Below, piece after piece: positions 17,002 through 25,767 of a stretch of DNA of 32,000 nt. Every line of letters starts with the position of its first letter. Position 1 is the first letter of the stretch. The translations under genes and the position numbers were made by a program. The stretch lies in assembly GCA_964648855.1 (NCBI GenBank), contig CAZYLT010000004.1, positions 49,532 to 81,531 of the forward strand, in the 5' to 3' direction. Below the pieces are notes generated by a model. It was not told the origin of the DNA. It worked only from the letters and a program-made list of their open reading frames with translations, and did no database searches. Origin of the DNA: an uncultured archaeon. Lineage in GTDB: Archaea; Asgardarchaeota; Thorarchaeia; Thorarchaeales; Thorarchaeaceae.

Positions 17002-18681
17002 TCACGGATTCCTCCGCATTAGTTGTCCGTGATTAGATACATTGCGAAAGATAGAATCCGGAGCAGCTGTTAAATCTATACTGCAGAGACTTTCAAGAAT
17101 CTTATCATAAGTACTGGTGTGGGACTTTCTACCAACTTCCTTTGCCGCAAGTGTGAATGCCCCATTATCGCACCACTGGAAGGATTTTGCAGAGTCAATC
17201 ATTGAATATAGACTATTCAATCCTGCAAACCGAATAATACCATCACTTGATTTCCGTCTTATCTCTACTAATTCTTTGACGAAGCGTTTTGCTCTTCCAG
17301 GATTCGGTCTATCCATAGTTATGACAACATCCATCATCGCTAAATTTGTATCACTAATACCATGATTGATAGCCCATCTGCTGACAAGTCCTGATGCCGA
17401 ATTCGCATGGCATGTCTGCATGGTGTGCAGTCCTGCGGCAAGAGCCTCAAATAATGCCCGGCTATGTTCCATTGTTTGGATTTCCCCCAGAACAACATAA
17501 TCGGGTGATCTATGAAGTGATTTGACTATTTCTGTCCTTTTGCTAAGAACCCCGGCTAATTCATCAACAGGATCCACACATAAACGTAGTTGATGATGGT
17601 CCTCCAATAGCCTACTCTCTACAGTATCTTCTATGTATAGTTTCCTCCATTCACTGGGTGTAGTTGCATCCAATGCATTAAGCAGAGTAGTCTTTCCAGA
17701 TCCCGGCGCTCCTGTTATAGTAATGTTCATTCTATTATTGACCGCCAATAACAATGCCGCTGCTACTTCCCGTGTAAGAGTTCCATTTTTAATCAAAGCC
17801 AGTATTGAAAATGGGGACTTCCTTAGCCGCCTTAAACTCAAGCTGAATCCGTCATTTGCAAGTGGCCCAATTATGGCTGTGACCCTCAATCTATTACCCA
17901 AGATACTGACATTTGTTTTAAGAGATGGATTTCTCTTGTCCAAGTGCATATTGCTTTCTGCACGTAGCAAGGTAGATATTCGACTCATCTCCTCCTCCCT
18001 AAAGACTAGCTTAGACAGACAACGCCCATGTTTTGCATGATCAAAATAAATCGACTGGCCTGGTCTGTCAAGGTAGATCTCCTCAACCATGTCATCTAAT
18101 ATCAACGGGATTATAGGGCGTAGGACTGTTTCAGAATGAGCTGCTAATCGAGATACTGTTCGAAGAGTTTCCTCTTCAATCTCGGGAAACCTGCAACTAG
18201 CATCACGAAAAAGGAGCTTTATCGCATGATTAATAGAATCTTCTAGGGACTTCCGCTCATAAGATTCAACCTTCATACTATCTCGGTGCCTTTTTCTCAA
18301 ATCTTCCAGCAAAGCATGCTCCAGACTTGATCTCAATATGGGTAAAGGCATATAGGAAACGACATCATTCCTCTGCAAAAAGAATGACAAATACGAATCA
18401 ACTTTGTAAATGTCGATACACGAGTCGATATCCTGGAGCAAACAATCTTCTGTAACAATTGAATACCAACTATTCTCCTTCCAAGGCGGCATGGAGGGCA
18501 AATTCCTATCAAGGCCACCGATATGAATCAGTCGTTTCTCAGCCTCTACAAACAAAATCACTTTTGGATTTCTAATGTATGTTTCTTCATGAAGCAACTC
18601 ACATCTCGATTGCGAAGAACTGTTGCAGGATTCACAGCGGTCAATCGGACAATGATTCACGATGACGGTAAAATCTTTCAA
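17002..18681 (-). CDS. TadA/CpaF/VirB11-family secretion or pilus assembly ATPase
   Basis: VEEIY, GAPGSGKTT, YIED (Asp box), SL.RSPDYVVLGE (Walker B), QTCHA (His box). Confidence 0.9.
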   Translation of the reverse strand: MKDFTVIVNHCPIDRCESCNSSSQSRCELLHEETYIRNPKVILFVEAEKRLIHIGGLDRNLPSMPPWKENSWYSIVTEDCLLQDIDSCIDIYKVDSYLSFFLQRNDVVSYMPLPILRSSLEHALLEDLRKRHRDSMKVESYERKSLEDSINHAIKLLFRDASCRFPEIEEETLRTVSRLAAHSETVLRPIIPLILDDMVEEIYLDRPGQSIYFDHAKHGRCLSKLVFREEEMSRISTLLRAESNMHLDKRNPSLKTNVSILGNRLRVTAIIGPLANDGFSLSLRRLRKSPFSILALIKNGTLTREVAAALLLAVNNRMNITITGAPGSGKTTLLNALDATTPSEWRKLYIEDTVESRLLEDHHQLRLCVDPVDELAGVLSKRTEIVKSLHRSPDYVVLGEIQTMEHSRALFEALAAGLHTMQTCHANSASGLVSRWAINHGISDTNLAMMDVVITMDRPNPGRAKRFVKELVEIRRKSSDGIIRFAGLNSLYSMIDSAKSFQWCDNGAFTLAAKEVGRKSHTSTYDKILESLCSIDLTAAPDSIFRNVSNHGQLMRRNP

Positions 18682-18722
18682 ACCACAATCCCACCTTTTC
18701 GTTTACAAGCCAATACTCCTCT

Positions 18723-19757
18723 TTAGATGGCAATAGCTGATTTCTTTGCAATTTTCTTTATCATTCCAAAATGGTCTCTAATGCTATACTCTGCAACATC
18801 TGTTGCAACAGATGCCAATTTCTGAGTCAGAACACTCCTACAGCCATTCTCTTCTGCAACTAATCGGTCGCCCGCATAAGCAGATGAAACAGTGAAGATG
18901 AATGGATTACGCCCTCCCCTTTTGGAGCTCGGAACGAGGTCTAGTATAAAGAGCATTTTCTTTTGCAATTTACTTTTATACTCACTCAAATCCCAGCCTC
19001 TGGCCTCAACCTTACGAACTACTTCGCCATGATTTACCAACAGCGACAAAACGCGTGGAACATAATCCCTTGGCTTTCGAATTCTGGGCACATGGCCTGT
19101 AATAGACCTCAATCTAAGTGCTTCACGTACAATTGTTCGGACACTTACTCGATGTCCGCACTGTTCAAACACTTCCGCAATTTCTTCTAAAGTAATAGGG
19201 GCCTCTTGCTTAAATTCCCTCACCCCCATCAACAGGCACACTGCCATTAGTAGTATATTATTCGATATCCGGTTTTCAGCTTCAGAGAGCACTTTGTTGA
19301 ATAAGTAGGCTGCACGGTCTCGTACTTGTTCGTTTAGCATTAATAACTTAGCTACCCGATTTAGAGTGCGCAATGCACGATATTTAGCCTCGTCCTTCCC
19401 AATCCTGATTCTGGTACTGTATACCGATTTCAGGCGCCTGAATTTTTTTTGTTGTCTTCCTGAGAGCGAATGACCGGCAGAATCACGAAAATATCTGTCC
19501 TTATGATATCCTATGTAACTACCCAAACCGTCAACAATATGTAAACGGTTACCCAAGGAAACATATTGGCTAGCTTCTGGATCTCCTTCTCTCCGCTCCG
19601 CTCCCATTTGAAAAGTGGGAAGTACATACTCTCTAGATATTACCAAACCACATCTTGTGCACACAAGATGCCCTCTACTTACTATTACCTTTCCCAAGCA
19701 ATCCGGACAACTCTCAGGAATATTATAGGATTGTACCGCATCAACCAATGACCACAC
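18723..19757 (-). CDS. Divergent transcription initiation factor IIB (TFB) paralogue
   Basis: CPDC-x-VCTRCGLV zinc ribbon, GLGSYIG, cyclin-fold repeats, terminal LTQK..A....V.EYSIR. Confidence 0.85.
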   Translation of the reverse strand: MWSLVDAVQSYNIPESCPDCLGKVIVSRGHLVCTRCGLVISREYVLPTFQMGAERREGDPEASQYVSLGNRLHIVDGLGSYIGYHKDRYFRDSAGHSLSGRQQKKFRRLKSVYSTRIRIGKDEAKYRALRTLNRVAKLLMLNEQVRDRAAYLFNKVLSEAENRISNNILLMAVCLLMGVREFKQEAPITLEEIAEVFEQCGHRVSVRTIVREALRLRSITGHVPRIRKPRDYVPRVLSLLVNHGEVVRKVEARGWDLSEYKSKLQKKMLFILDLVPSSKRGGRNPFIFTVSSAYAGDRLVAEENGCRSVLTQKLASVATDVAEYSIRDHFGMIKKIAKKSAIAI

Positions 19758-19909
19758 CCAAGAGAAATCTATGCTTCTTTGCCTAACTAGATTTCACTAG
19801 CTCAAAGTTTCTAACAGCTATCTTAGAATACGGTCAATAAAATCACCAAGTGGTTTAAAGGAACAGACAAGTCACTGGCAGAAAGAGGGGTGAGCGAAAG
19901 TAATCAAAA

Positions 19910-20275
19910 TCAATCCACCATCAAATAAAACCTATCATCCGAAAAAACCTTCTTCTGTGAAGGTTTTGGGTCAGATAGAGAGAGGTTGAATTTCAACCCT
20001 CCAACTGCTGCTATCACATGGAAGCCCTTCTCATTGTCAATTTTAAATACAGTACCCTCTACGTATAACTTGGCTTGATCTCCCTTACTAATTTCCTTTG
20101 CATCAATCCTTACCTCTAGCTTGTCCTTTTCTTTGAAAGGTCCGCACAAAACCTCTGGCAATTCAAGTTCCAAGACAGCCCCATCTTTTTTGGAAATAAT
20201 TTTCATTAGCAATAATCTTCTAGTTTCTGTTTCTTCCAGTGAATCAATTGTTGCATTTTTGAGTCGAATGACCAT
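19910..20275 (-). CDS. rpo8: RNA polymerase subunit Rpo8 (RpoG, RPB8 homologue)
   Basis: OB-fold-sized protein with LYVEGTVFKI and AVGGLKF (GGL motif) and a C-terminal FYLMV strand. Confidence 0.75.
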   Translation of the reverse strand: MVIRLKNATIDSLEETETRRLLLMKIISKKDGAVLELELPEVLCGPFKEKDKLEVRIDAKEISKGDQAKLYVEGTVFKIDNEKGFHVIAAVGGLKFNLSLSDPKPSQKKVFSDDRFYLMVD

Positions 20276-20379
20276 GCTGACTATCCCCTAGTGTGTTCTA
20301 CTTTCTTGTCGAACTCAAAGAATTAAACCTGTCGTTACATCCTGTGCTGTTTTTATTCTTGCGTAGACAATAGATTGCG

Positions 20380-23082
20380 GTGGATAGAGTGAATAGAAGA
20401 CTGGTCTTATTATGCTCCTCTGTGGTCCTAGCTATTGTTCTTACGAGTGCTGTTGAAGTATCCGCTTTCCAATTTGAGCTATACTACTTCGAAACTGATC
20501 AACTCAATTACCATATTGGAGAAACAATGGAAATGGTCGCTAAAATTTTGGCTGACTTTAGCGATACGGGATGGTGTTATGTATCTTTTTCAGTTGTGGC
20601 CGATTCCGGGACCATATACGTCGATGAGAGAATGATTCCCCCATCATCCGACATAAGATATCTTTCATCAAAATATCGCATAGAGCCATCAGATTTGCTT
20701 CCGGGAGAAAATGGAACAAATGTGTATGCAATATTCAACGCAGAGCTGTTCGATGGCTACTCAGAAACAGTTACTGAAACAATTGAATTGAACATATCAC
20801 GGGGACAACTGGACTGCATAGCTCTCTCCAATCTAACCTTTGAAGAAAACACAAACACCACTTTGTATTTTCAAGTAGCAAGTCGTCACAACCAGAGCAT
20901 TGCCTATGCAGAATCCGAGTTGCTTTTTACCCTGTCAGATAACAATTCAGACAGCGTGTTCAATAGGCGTGCATACACTAACGTGTCTGGTATTGCTTCA
21001 ACACAAATCGAACATGACCTCTTATCTGCAGGAAACTACAGTCTTCAAATTCACTCTAATGCGACAGCTGCTTGGGAGCCAAGTAACGAAATCTTTGATA
21101 TTGAAGTTGTCAAAGAAAAATCCTATATTCAGATTGCATGCAGCCAAGACTCTATAGTCTGTCAGTCTCAAAGTGGAGCGTCTTACGAGAATATGACTAT
21201 TGAAGCTCAGCATTTGAATCGTCAGCAAAATACAATTGGAAATGGCTTGGTTGAATGGAGTACCTCATTTTGCAATGGCACTACAACAGTCCAATCCAAT
21301 GGAGCGTTTCTCGTTGAAATTCCAATCACAACAAATCCTGGTACATATAATCTAGATATCACGGCATCTCACCCCAACTACCAACCAGCCGCGATGAGTT
21401 TGCTCCTCAATGTCACACCACGCAGCATGGCATCAAATTTTACAGTGTATAGTGCACTTAGTCCAAATTCAATAAACGGTAGCATCCAGTTATACGACAG
21501 TCGTTCGCTTGAAGAGCTGACCAATATCAATGCAGAAATCAAGCTAGTTCTAAACTCCACCGAATTCCACTATTCTGGTCAAACAAATGAAAACGGTTCA
21601 TTATATTGGGAATTCACAGTTCCATCAACATTATGGGGTAACGGCCACTTAATTATGGAAATCAACTCCACTACTTGCTATCACAACCTTTCAACTAGTA
21701 CTCCTATCAGTATAGAATACAGTCCTCAGATTATTATTGAAGAACCACAAATAGCACTCCTAGAAAAAGACTACAATATCTCTGTTCAGCTTCTTAATCC
21801 TATTAATTTACCACTCGAAGGCATTGATGTAAAACTCACTGATAACAAGGGTCAATTTATCGATTATGGTGTCACAGATTCGCTTGGCAAAGTGTATTTG
21901 ATTTGGTATATTTCGAATGACACAAAACTGGGAGAAATTGAACTCATCATTCATGTGTCTTCTTATCCTGCTAAATTTGTTTATGAATCATTGAGAGAAT
22001 TCACAGTTGCTATCTACAACCCTATTAGCATTATCACGGATTCCAATCCTTGGTACTTTTTGCGGGGCGAAATTTCGAAAGTGAATATCACTCTCCAGTC
22101 GCCAATTTCTAATCTCAATGTTACATTACGTATCGCTGAAGCTCATGACTCTTTTTCGTTGGATAGGTTGCTTAGTTGCAATAAGAAGGAAGAACTGAAA
22201 TTTGATATTCAATCTCAAATAGATGTTGGACAATACAACGTAGAATTTACAATCGAGGATCAATACACCTTCATAGAGTCAACAAATATGATCCAAGTAA
22301 TCATTCAGGGCAAATTTTGCTCTAATGTTAACGTTCTTTCCGCCTTCTACAATGAACAAATTTCAGCCAACATATCTATTATTCAAGACAATGGTACCAA
22401 GTTAAATGAAATTGATATTCAGCTATTGGATGCCAAAGATAACACGCTACTCGCGAATGAACAGCAGGTTAATCTTTCTGTAGCCGTCCTAGTGAAGCTG
22501 CCCTCATCCTTGTTTCCTGGTTCAAATGCGATAATATTCAAATTCTCGAGCCCCTTCTATGAAGAAGAAATATACAATTCTACTATCTTTGTTTGGATGC
22601 GAACCACAGTAAGCCTTTCAATAATGATAGAGACTAATGAACCCTCTTCGCCGCCTTTGTCATCAAACCCCTCAGAAACACTTCCCGTAGCCACTCATAA
22701 TAATGGTTCAAGAATCTCTGATGGGTCAATAAGTCTACCTCCACCAATCTTGGTCAATGACACAACTTCTAATGAACCATCTACAACTCTTTCAACCTCT
22801 CGGACTAACTGTCCCAGACTCAACTCGGGCACTAATAATCTCTCTACACCTTTTGAGAATTCAATTATTGCCTTTTCCGGAAAAGGCCAAAGCGTCCTAA
22901 GTTGCATGCCTTTTATGGCCAAATCATTATTGGTATCAGTTATTGCCTGTTCTGCTGAACGTGAAGTACTGCCGAAGGAAATAATGGCCAAATCCGCATT
23001 GTTTGCTCCTACATATTTGGGTTCTGGAAATCCTTGTGCTGAGCCTACCTTTTCTTTTAGCCGTCGGACTAATTTGTCATGA
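20380..23082 (+). CDS. Large secreted Ig-like repeat protein; last ~130 codons overlap the oxidoreductase alpha gene in antisense
   Basis: Signal peptide; YTNVSG, QTNENG and VTDSLG repeat motifs; many N-glycosylation sequons. Confidence 0.75.
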   Translation: MDRVNRRLVLLCSSVVLAIVLTSAVEVSAFQFELYYFETDQLNYHIGETMEMVAKILADFSDTGWCYVSFSVVADSGTIYVDERMIPPSSDIRYLSSKYRIEPSDLLPGENGTNVYAIFNAELFDGYSETVTETIELNISRGQLDCIALSNLTFEENTNTTLYFQVASRHNQSIAYAESELLFTLSDNNSDSVFNRRAYTNVSGIASTQIEHDLLSAGNYSLQIHSNATAAWEPSNEIFDIEVVKEKSYIQIACSQDSIVCQSQSGASYENMTIEAQHLNRQQNTIGNGLVEWSTSFCNGTTTVQSNGAFLVEIPITTNPGTYNLDITASHPNYQPAAMSLLLNVTPRSMASNFTVYSALSPNSINGSIQLYDSRSLEELTNINAEIKLVLNSTEFHYSGQTNENGSLYWEFTVPSTLWGNGHLIMEINSTTCYHNLSTSTPISIEYSPQIIIEEPQIALLEKDYNISVQLLNPINLPLEGIDVKLTDNKGQFIDYGVTDSLGKVYLIWYISNDTKLGEIELIIHVSSYPAKFVYESLREFTVAIYNPISIITDSNPWYFLRGEISKVNITLQSPISNLNVTLRIAEAHDSFSLDRLLSCNKKEELKFDIQSQIDVGQYNVEFTIEDQYTFIESTNMIQVIIQGKFCSNVNVLSAFYNEQISANISIIQDNGTKLNEIDIQLLDAKDNTLLANEQQVNLSVAVLVKLPSSLFPGSNAIIFKFSSPFYEEEIYNSTIFVWMRTTVSLSIMIETNEPSSPPLSSNPSETLPVATHNNGSRISDGSISLPPPILVNDTTSNEPSTTLSTSRTNCPRLNSGTNNLSTPFENSIIAFSGKGQSVLSCMPFMAKSLLVSVIACSAEREVLPKEIMAKSALFAPTYLGSGNPCAEPTFSFSRRTNLS

Positions 23083-23816
23083 GTGCTCGGATTTGAGGTT
23101 TTTCTGAACCCATTTTCATCATGTGTTGATCCGGTTACAAGAAGATCAAGACCATCGCCAAATCTTGGCATCAAGGCATGACCTGCTTCATCCACTTGAC
23201 CGTATGATTGCTTTGCAGTCTTGGCAAATTCTCTCTTGACTGGCTTTATTTCCTCTTCAATCTCCACCCTCTCTCTTGAATGAGCAACAATCTCATCTGT
23301 TAGGACTATCACTGGGTGACGTAGCATCTCAGAAATTCTGAATGCTTCTATTGTGAGTTCATATGTTTCTTGAGCTGAGTTAGGAGCCAATACAATGCTT
23401 TCATGGTCTCCATGTGTGCCCCATCGTGATTGCATAAAATCCCCTTGTGCCGCTTTTGTTGCTTGCCCGGTACTTGGACCTGCTCTTTGTACATCTACTA
23501 TTACACATGGAGTTTCAGTCATGATTGCATAACCTATACCTTCTTGCATGAGACTGAAGCCCGGCCCCGATGTAGCAGTCATAGACAATCTACCTCCCCA
23601 AGACGCACCAATAACTGCGGATAATGCGGCAATCTCATCCTCCATCTGCAAATAAATCCCATCATTTTCAGGCAGTCTGCTTGACATAATTTCTGCGATT
23701 TCAGATGCAGGAGTAATGGGATAACCTGCAAAGAAACGGCAACCTGCTACAATAGCAGCTTCCGCACAAGCCTGATTTCCCTGCCAGAATGCTACTTTAT
23801 CATCTTGCGTCTTCAT
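22695..23816 (-). CDS. korA: 2-oxoacid:ferredoxin oxidoreductase alpha subunit (KorA-like); start corrected to ATG at 23816
   Basis: GNQACAEAA, FFAGYPITPASE, QMEDEIAA, TATSGPGFSLMQE, QRAGPSTG. Confidence 0.9.
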   Translation of the reverse strand: MKTQDDKVAFWQGNQACAEAAIVAGCRFFAGYPITPASEIAEIMSSRLPENDGIYLQMEDEIAALSAVIGASWGGRLSMTATSGPGFSLMQEGIGYAIMTETPCVIVDVQRAGPSTGQATKAAQGDFMQSRWGTHGDHESIVLAPNSAQETYELTIEAFRISEMLRHPVIVLTDEIVAHSRERVEIEEEIKPVKREFAKTAKQSYGQVDEAGHALMPRFGDGLDLLVTGSTHDENGFRKTSNPSTHDKLVRRLKEKVGSAQGFPEPKYVGANNADLAIISFGSTSRSAEQAITDTNNDLAIKGMQLRTLWPFPEKAIIEFSKGVERLLVPELSLGQLVREVERVVDGSLEVVSLTKIGGGRLIDPSEILEPLL

Positions 23817-23938
23817 TCGTACTATACCCACAACCTGCACACTACAAGGTGAAGATAAAAGTTCAGATTTGAACCAAATGCAGAAACCAAAGAGAAAATG
23901 CCGATATGCTTTTATCAAGTCCAGAATCTCCAGCTTTG

Positions 23939-24039
23939 GCGGCCGTGGTCTAGTTTGGTTAGGACGGAAGCTTCCCAAGCTTCCAACCCGAGTCAATTCA
24001 TCACAAATTGCGGGACTTCAAATCCCGGCGGCCGCACCA
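23939..24039 (+). tRNA. tRNA-Gly(CCC) with a 24-nt intron at 53/54 (intron 23993-24016), encoded CCA
   Basis: Acceptor GCGGCCG/CGGCCGC, anticodon arm GAAGC-TTCCCAA-GCTTC. Splice motif CCCG AG|T CAATT..AATTG CGGG AC|T. Confidence 0.93.
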
Positions 24040-24088
24040 CATTATCTTCATACAAGGAAACTTAAGGGCTATAGCTGCATATTTTCAC

Positions 24089-24160
24089 GGCGTGCGATGA
24101 TGGTAATGACCCCACTGAGTCCTTTGTGACAATGATGTGGATCTTGAGTTCTGAGCCGCC
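24089..24160 (+). ncRNA. Box C/D methylation guide sRNA; D guide predicted to target C34 of tRNA-Leu(CAA)
   Basis: C box ATGATGG 24097-24103, D' CTGA 24115-24118, C' ATGATGT 24132-24138, D CTGA 24151-24154, terminal stem GGCG/CGCC, upstream AGGAAA-CTTAAG promoter-like motif. Confidence 0.85.
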
Positions 24161-24258
24161 ACCAATACTTTCACCCACCTCTACCACTAATGTTCAATTA
24201 ACCGAACAAACAAGCAAGCCTTTTTATGTTAATGCACATCACAATCTCGTGGTTTCTG

Positions 24259-25452
24259 ATGCCGCGTGACTATGTTGAAGACGAACTCGGGAAGACTAGC
24301 GTATTCAAATCCGAGAAATATCTGTCAATAGATTATGTACCCGAGAATCTACCTCATAGAGAAACAGAATTGAGAACACTGGCTCAAAGTTTCAAAACAA
24401 TGATTGTTTCTCCTGGACAAACAAGTCAGAAATTCATCATCCAAGGGCCCGTTGGGACAGGAAAGACTGCAGTCACAAAGAGATTTTCTGAGCAATTAGT
24501 TCAAGCTGCAGCAAGGAGAAAAATAAGACTACGTAAAATACACATCAATTGTAGAGTCAATAAGAGTGAGTATCTTGTATATCTTAAAATTCTTCGGTCA
24601 TTCAAACCCAATTTTCCCCGTCGAGGGCATTCTCCTGAAGAAGTTCTTCAAATGATTATAGAAGTACTTGATGCTGAGGATCGATATCTTTTACTGATTC
24701 TGGACGAACTTGATTACTTCATTAAGCAAAAGGGCGTAGACATAATATACAATCTGACTCGCTTAATGGATGATCGATTAAATGCACCCCAACGACTCTC
24801 GATTATTGGTATCGGTCGAAAAATTCCCTTAGACGATAGTGTTTTTGATTCCAGTACATTGAGTACATTGCAACGCAATGTGCTATATTTTGAGAAATAC
24901 ACCTCACGCGCACTGAGGGATATTCTCTCTGAGAGAATCAAGATGGCTTTTGAACCTAGAGCAATTATGGAGGAAACGATTAATGTTATTTGTGACATTG
25001 CCTCAAACAGGGGGGATGCACGGTATGCTATCGAGCTCCTTTGGCGCGGTGGGAAACAAGCTGACGCAGTCGGTTCTGATGTCATAATCCCCGATTATGT
25101 TCGAAAGGCTAAAGCTGACACTCACCCAGAACTACGAGAAGAGGTTTTCGAAACACTTCCTTTACATAATAAATTGTTACTATTGGCTGCCGCACGCCAG
25201 TTGAAAGAGGCAAGAAGTGCATATGTGACGATTGGGGAGGTTGAGGAGATGTATCAATCAGTTTGCGAAGAGTTTGGAAAACAATCTAGAGCACATACAC
25301 AGATTTGGGAATGGGTTCAAGACTTGACTGCTCATGGCGTAATAGACGCCAGGAAATCAGGAGTAGGTCAAAGGGGTCAGACAACTCTTATCGGGTTATC
25401 AGACGTTCCTGCGGATTTACTTGAACAATTCTTGGTCAGTCTTTTGGAGTAG
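24259..25452 (+). CDS. cdc6: Orc1/Cdc6 replication initiator family protein; likely start ATG at 24259
   Basis: VF....L..DYVP..LPHRE, GPVGTGKT, HINC, LILDELD, GDARYAIELL, C-terminal wHTH with G.RGQTT.I. Confidence 0.96.
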   Translation: MPRDYVEDELGKTSVFKSEKYLSIDYVPENLPHRETELRTLAQSFKTMIVSPGQTSQKFIIQGPVGTGKTAVTKRFSEQLVQAAARRKIRLRKIHINCRVNKSEYLVYLKILRSFKPNFPRRGHSPEEVLQMIIEVLDAEDRYLLLILDELDYFIKQKGVDIIYNLTRLMDDRLNAPQRLSIIGIGRKIPLDDSVFDSSTLSTLQRNVLYFEKYTSRALRDILSERIKMAFEPRAIMEETINVICDIASNRGDARYAIELLWRGGKQADAVGSDVIIPDYVRKAKADTHPELREEVFETLPLHNKLLLLAAARQLKEARSAYVTIGEVEEMYQSVCEEFGKQSRAHTQIWEWVQDLTAHGVIDARKSGVGQRGQTTLIGLSDVPADLLEQFLVSLLE

Positions 25453-25461
25453 AAGCAAAAA

Positions 25462-25755
25462 ATGCCACTCGATAAGAAAGAAAAGAACCCGCCAATTCCA
25501 ATTGAAGAGCTTTTCTCCTCAAAGGGCAGGATGAAAATATTGAAGGAGCTTGCCCTGTCCAATGAGCTAAATATATCAGAATTATGCCGACGGGTGAGCC
25601 TAAATCATAGCACAACAAAGGGGCATCTGGAGGCTTTGATGGAAGCAGGACTCGTTGAAGAAAAAATTTTTGGCCGAATCAAAATCTATCGCTTCAAATC
25701 AGAGGATCTGAGAGCTCGTTCATTTCGGAACTTTTTGGATCTATGGCAATCTTAA
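25462..25755 (+). CDS. ArsR-like winged-helix transcriptional regulator
   Basis: LFSSKGRMKILK.L....ELNISEL.RR..LNH.....HL..L...GLVEEK.FGRIKIY. Confidence 0.85.
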   Translation: MPLDKKEKNPPIPIEELFSSKGRMKILKELALSNELNISELCRRVSLNHSTTKGHLEALMEAGLVEEKIFGRIKIYRFKSEDLRARSFRNFLDLWQS

Positions 25756-25767
25756 GGAGGCTGTTCC

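Noticed and set aside
16354-24039. Integrated element bounded by the two tRNAs
   Set aside because: No integrase or duplicated tRNA end was noticed, and the interval holds core genes (rpo8, korA).
23817-24129. N-terminal extension of korA and the 86-aa ORF at 23869-24129
   Set aside because: Both overlap tRNA-Gly, and the 86-aa ORF also overlaps the C/D sRNA; family-like sequence starts at ATG 23816.
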